Shown piece after piece: positions 62,258 to 64,000 of a DNA stretch of 64,000 nt. The stretch comes from Macrostomum lignano. Taxonomy: Eukaryota. The number at the start of each line of letters is the position of its first letter. The stretch's first letter is position 1. Position numbers and translations under genes: made by a program. The notes beneath the pieces were generated by a model. The model was not told the DNA's origin. It ran no database searches and saw only the letters and a program-made list of their open reading frames with translations. The stretch is taken from assembly GCA_002269645.1 (NCBI GenBank), contig NIVC01001036.1, forward strand, positions 311,681 to 375,680. Reading direction: 5' to 3'.

Positions 62258-64000
62258 GAGTGGAACTCCTCCTTCGAGGAGAAAGGGAAGAACTCCATCA
62301 CCGGAATTCTATTCCCTGAAATATCCATCAACTGAAATTCCATGTCTTTAACCCTATCTTCCAAATCGTCTCCAAATTCTTTACAAAATCTTTCAAAGAC
62401 CATAGCTCAAAGACTCTTACGTCTCTCATATCTACTCTCTCCTCTCTTCGCTATTATCGTGACTCGCTTCTCTCTCCTCTCTCTCATCTCATCTCTACCC
62501 CTACTCTCTTATTTATCTCTACTCCCTTATTTATCTCTTCTCCCTCGTCTTTCGTCTGTACCCTATCCTGTCTACTCTCCTATCTTCTATCTTATCTCTC
62601 CCCTTTTCTCTCTCTCTCATATCTAATCTCTAATCACTTATCTATCGTCTCCGCTCTACTTTCTCTCTTCTTTTTTCTCTCTTCTCTCTGCTCTCATTTC
62701 TCGTATCTCTTATACGCTCTCACCCTCTCCTTTCTTATCTCCCATCTTTCTTCCCTCCTTTCTACTGCATCACCTGTCTCCTCCTTCTCTTCTCTTTTTC
62801 CTCTCCATTCTCTTCTCTACTCTCATCTCCCCTCATCTCTTCTCTAATCTCTAATCTCTTCTCTCTCTTATTTTCTCACTCATCTCTTTTCTCATTGCAT
62901 CTCTCATCTCTCCTCTCTCTCTCCTCTCATCTGTACTATCTTTTTTATCTCTTCTCCCAGGTCTTTCAAATTTACTCTCTCCTGTCTCCTCTCTCCCCTC
63001 GTCTTCCTCTCTCATATCTCTTCTCTACTCACTTATATATTCTCTCTCCTCTGCTCCCCTTTTACACTTTCCTATATGCTCTCACTCTCACCCTCCCCTT
63101 TCTTATCTGCTGTTTTTACACTCCTTTCTACACCTGTCTCCTCTCGTTTCTCTCCTCTCTGCACTCTCATCTTTACCCTCTTCTTTCTCCTCACTACTTT
63201 CTTCTCTTAAATCTCTGATCTCTGATCTTTCATCTCTCTCTCTCACCTCTCACCTCTCTCCTCTCTTCCTCTCTTCTATTGCCTCTGTACGCTCTTGTCC
63301 CTCCTTTCTTCTCCATCCTGTCTCCTCTCTGCAATCTCATATCTCCTCTCTCATATCTCTCCTTCATCTCCTCTCTCCTCTTCTCTTCTCTCTCCTTCGT
63401 TCCCGCTTACTTTCTCTTCTCTCCCATCTGTCATGTTAATCTCTCCACTCATTTCTACTCTGTTTTCATCATCTCATCTCTCTTCTCTTTTCATTCTCTC
63501 TCTTTACTCTCTTCTCTGACTGATTGAAGATCCAAATCCATCAAGATCCTCTCCGCGAAGCAGAAATCCTGTCCGTGCAACTGAAAACCATCGAAATCCT
63601 CTCCGTGAAACTGACTCCTTCGAAATCCTCTCCTTGAAACTTAAATCCATCAAAATCGCTCTCCATAAACAGAAATCAATCATAAATTATCTCCGCGAAA
63701 CAGAAATCCTCTCCGTGAAGCTGAACATCATCGAAATCCTCTCCGTGAAACTGACACACCTTCGAAATCCTCTCCGTGAAACTGAACACCTTCGAAATCC
63801 TCTCCTTGAAACTTAAATCTATCAAAATCGTCTCCATAAAGCAGAAATCAATCATAAATTTAACTCCGCCGAAACAGAAATCCTCTCCGTGAAGCTGAAC
63901 ATCATCAAAATCCTTCCGTGAAACTGAGCACCATCGAAATCCTCTCCACGAAACAGAAATCCTCTTTGTCAAAATTAACAATTGAAATCGTCTCCGCTAA
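62258..64000 (-). mobile_element. Helitron-like unit I (family B, C-like; 5' end beyond the window)
   Basis: 3' hairpin + CCACTC (terminal G missing); CT-rich tract; GAAATCCTCTCCGTGAAAC minisatellite. Confidence 0.75.

Overview
Animal (invertebrate) genomic DNA, not prokaryotic. The minisatellite-stuffed introns are reminiscent of a Macrostomum-like flatworm, but that is inference only. The left half holds two spliced minus-strand genes that I could assemble by hand with consistent GT-AG phases. One is a 5-exon G-protein alpha-q gene (6463-17455, 358 aa). The other is a 10-exon ZU5/UPA/death-domain gene of the DTHD1 family (20021-31549, 901 aa). Almost every large intron contains its own tandem repeat. 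Around and inside the genes are a decayed RNase H-bearing non-LTR retrotransposon, an 8-bp-TSD MITE, a tRNA-derived SINE, a 28S-rRNA-like fragment and a 3.3-kb CpG-free tract. The right half (33939 to the window end) is an uninterrupted stack of 15 non-autonomous Helitron-like elements from two different families. All are on the minus strand and are fused end-to-start with no spacer (CTYG|T junctions). The second family carries internal telomeric repeats, and the stack contains a ~7.1-kb higher-order duplication. Apart from the gene exons and the decayed retrotransposon frames, most ORFs in the supplied track are repeat artefacts. Homology calls rest on remembered family motifs; no searches were run.
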